A stretch of 63,204 nucleotides of DNA, filler included, from Octopus bimaculoides (lineage: Eukaryota): the NCBI RefSeq assembly GCF_001194135.2. It is 5 parts of 5 records of this genome, joined end to end, with 100 filler letters (N's around TTAATTAATTAA, not from the genome) between each part and the next. Parts side by side here need not be neighbours in the genome. Positions count along the whole stretch, not along the records: positions 60,821 to 63,204 come from NC_069001.1; 4 more parts are not named here. One strand, 5' to 3'. Below the pieces are notes generated by a model, which was given only the letters and a program-made list of their open reading frames with translations, searched no databases and was not told the DNA's origin. Of this stretch, positions 62,943 through 63,204 are shown piece after piece. Both the position numbers and the translations under genes were made by a program. The stretch's first letter is position 1. Every line of letters starts with the position of its first letter.

Positions 62943-63204
62943 GACGTAGTGGAAGGAATTAGTAGCAGGAATAGTTAGTGGGTGCTTATGGACAATGGTT
63001 AGTGGAAGGTCAACAGGCGGTTATTGAGTATGTTGTGTATATGAGAGGTGTGTGTGCGTGTGTGCATGTGTGTATATGTGTATGTGTGTTGTGTATGTGT
63101 GTGGTTTTGTGTATGAGAGGTGTGCGTGCGTGTGTATGTGTGTGTTTATGTGTGTGTGCGTGCGTATGTGTGTTAGAGCGTAAGGATGTGTGCCAGGTAT
63201 GTGT
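62570..63204 (-). mobile_element. Probable PLE pseudo-LTR-like repeat with hammerhead-like core and GT-rich tail
   Basis: Minus 62662-62636: CCGACGA-A-GAGC(uac)GCCC-GAAAC-GUC; shares gacgctcgg..aaagg..acgtttcg.gc...gctct with 2488-2534. Confidence 0.45.

Noticed and set aside
1-63204. CRISPR arrays, rRNA, genuine tRNA genes, prokaryotic operons
   Set aside because: None seen; tRNA-like heads lack complete acceptor stems and are attached to SINE bodies; the 30-bp repeats at 4396-4515 have no spacers

Overview
Eukaryotic, AT-rich, microsatellite-laden draft-genome scaffold with many N gaps. The SINE/LINE repertoire and (TA)n load suggest an Octopus genome (inference, not verifiable here). Two host genes are well supported, both on the + strand. 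(1) An intronless 835-aa glycogen phosphorylase (14315-16822) with an intact catalytic core but altered regulatory residues (Ser14->Thr, Asn284->Ala). (2) A 14-coding-exon cytochrome b5 reductase 4 / NCB5OR (44704-58775, about 532 aa); I reconstructed every splice junction in phase. The rest is mobile DNA: a Chapaev3-like element with perfect TIRs and a TAA TSD nested in a hAT relic, mariner/hAT/piggyBac-type relics and MITEs, an RTE-type RT fragment, several tRNA-derived SINE families and Penelope-like (PLE) pieces. The most unusual signal is a set of five, plus one half, minimal type I hammerhead-ribozyme (HHR) folds from different repeat families. All have loop-less palindromic stem III, and they use three different 3-8 base pairs (C-G, U-A, G-C). 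One sits inside a tRNA-headed non-autonomous element with an inverted 3' duplication. Also notable is a CUG in strong Kozak context that would give NCB5OR an MGCGKSR acylation leader. Most other ORFs in the track are microsatellite or N-run artefacts.
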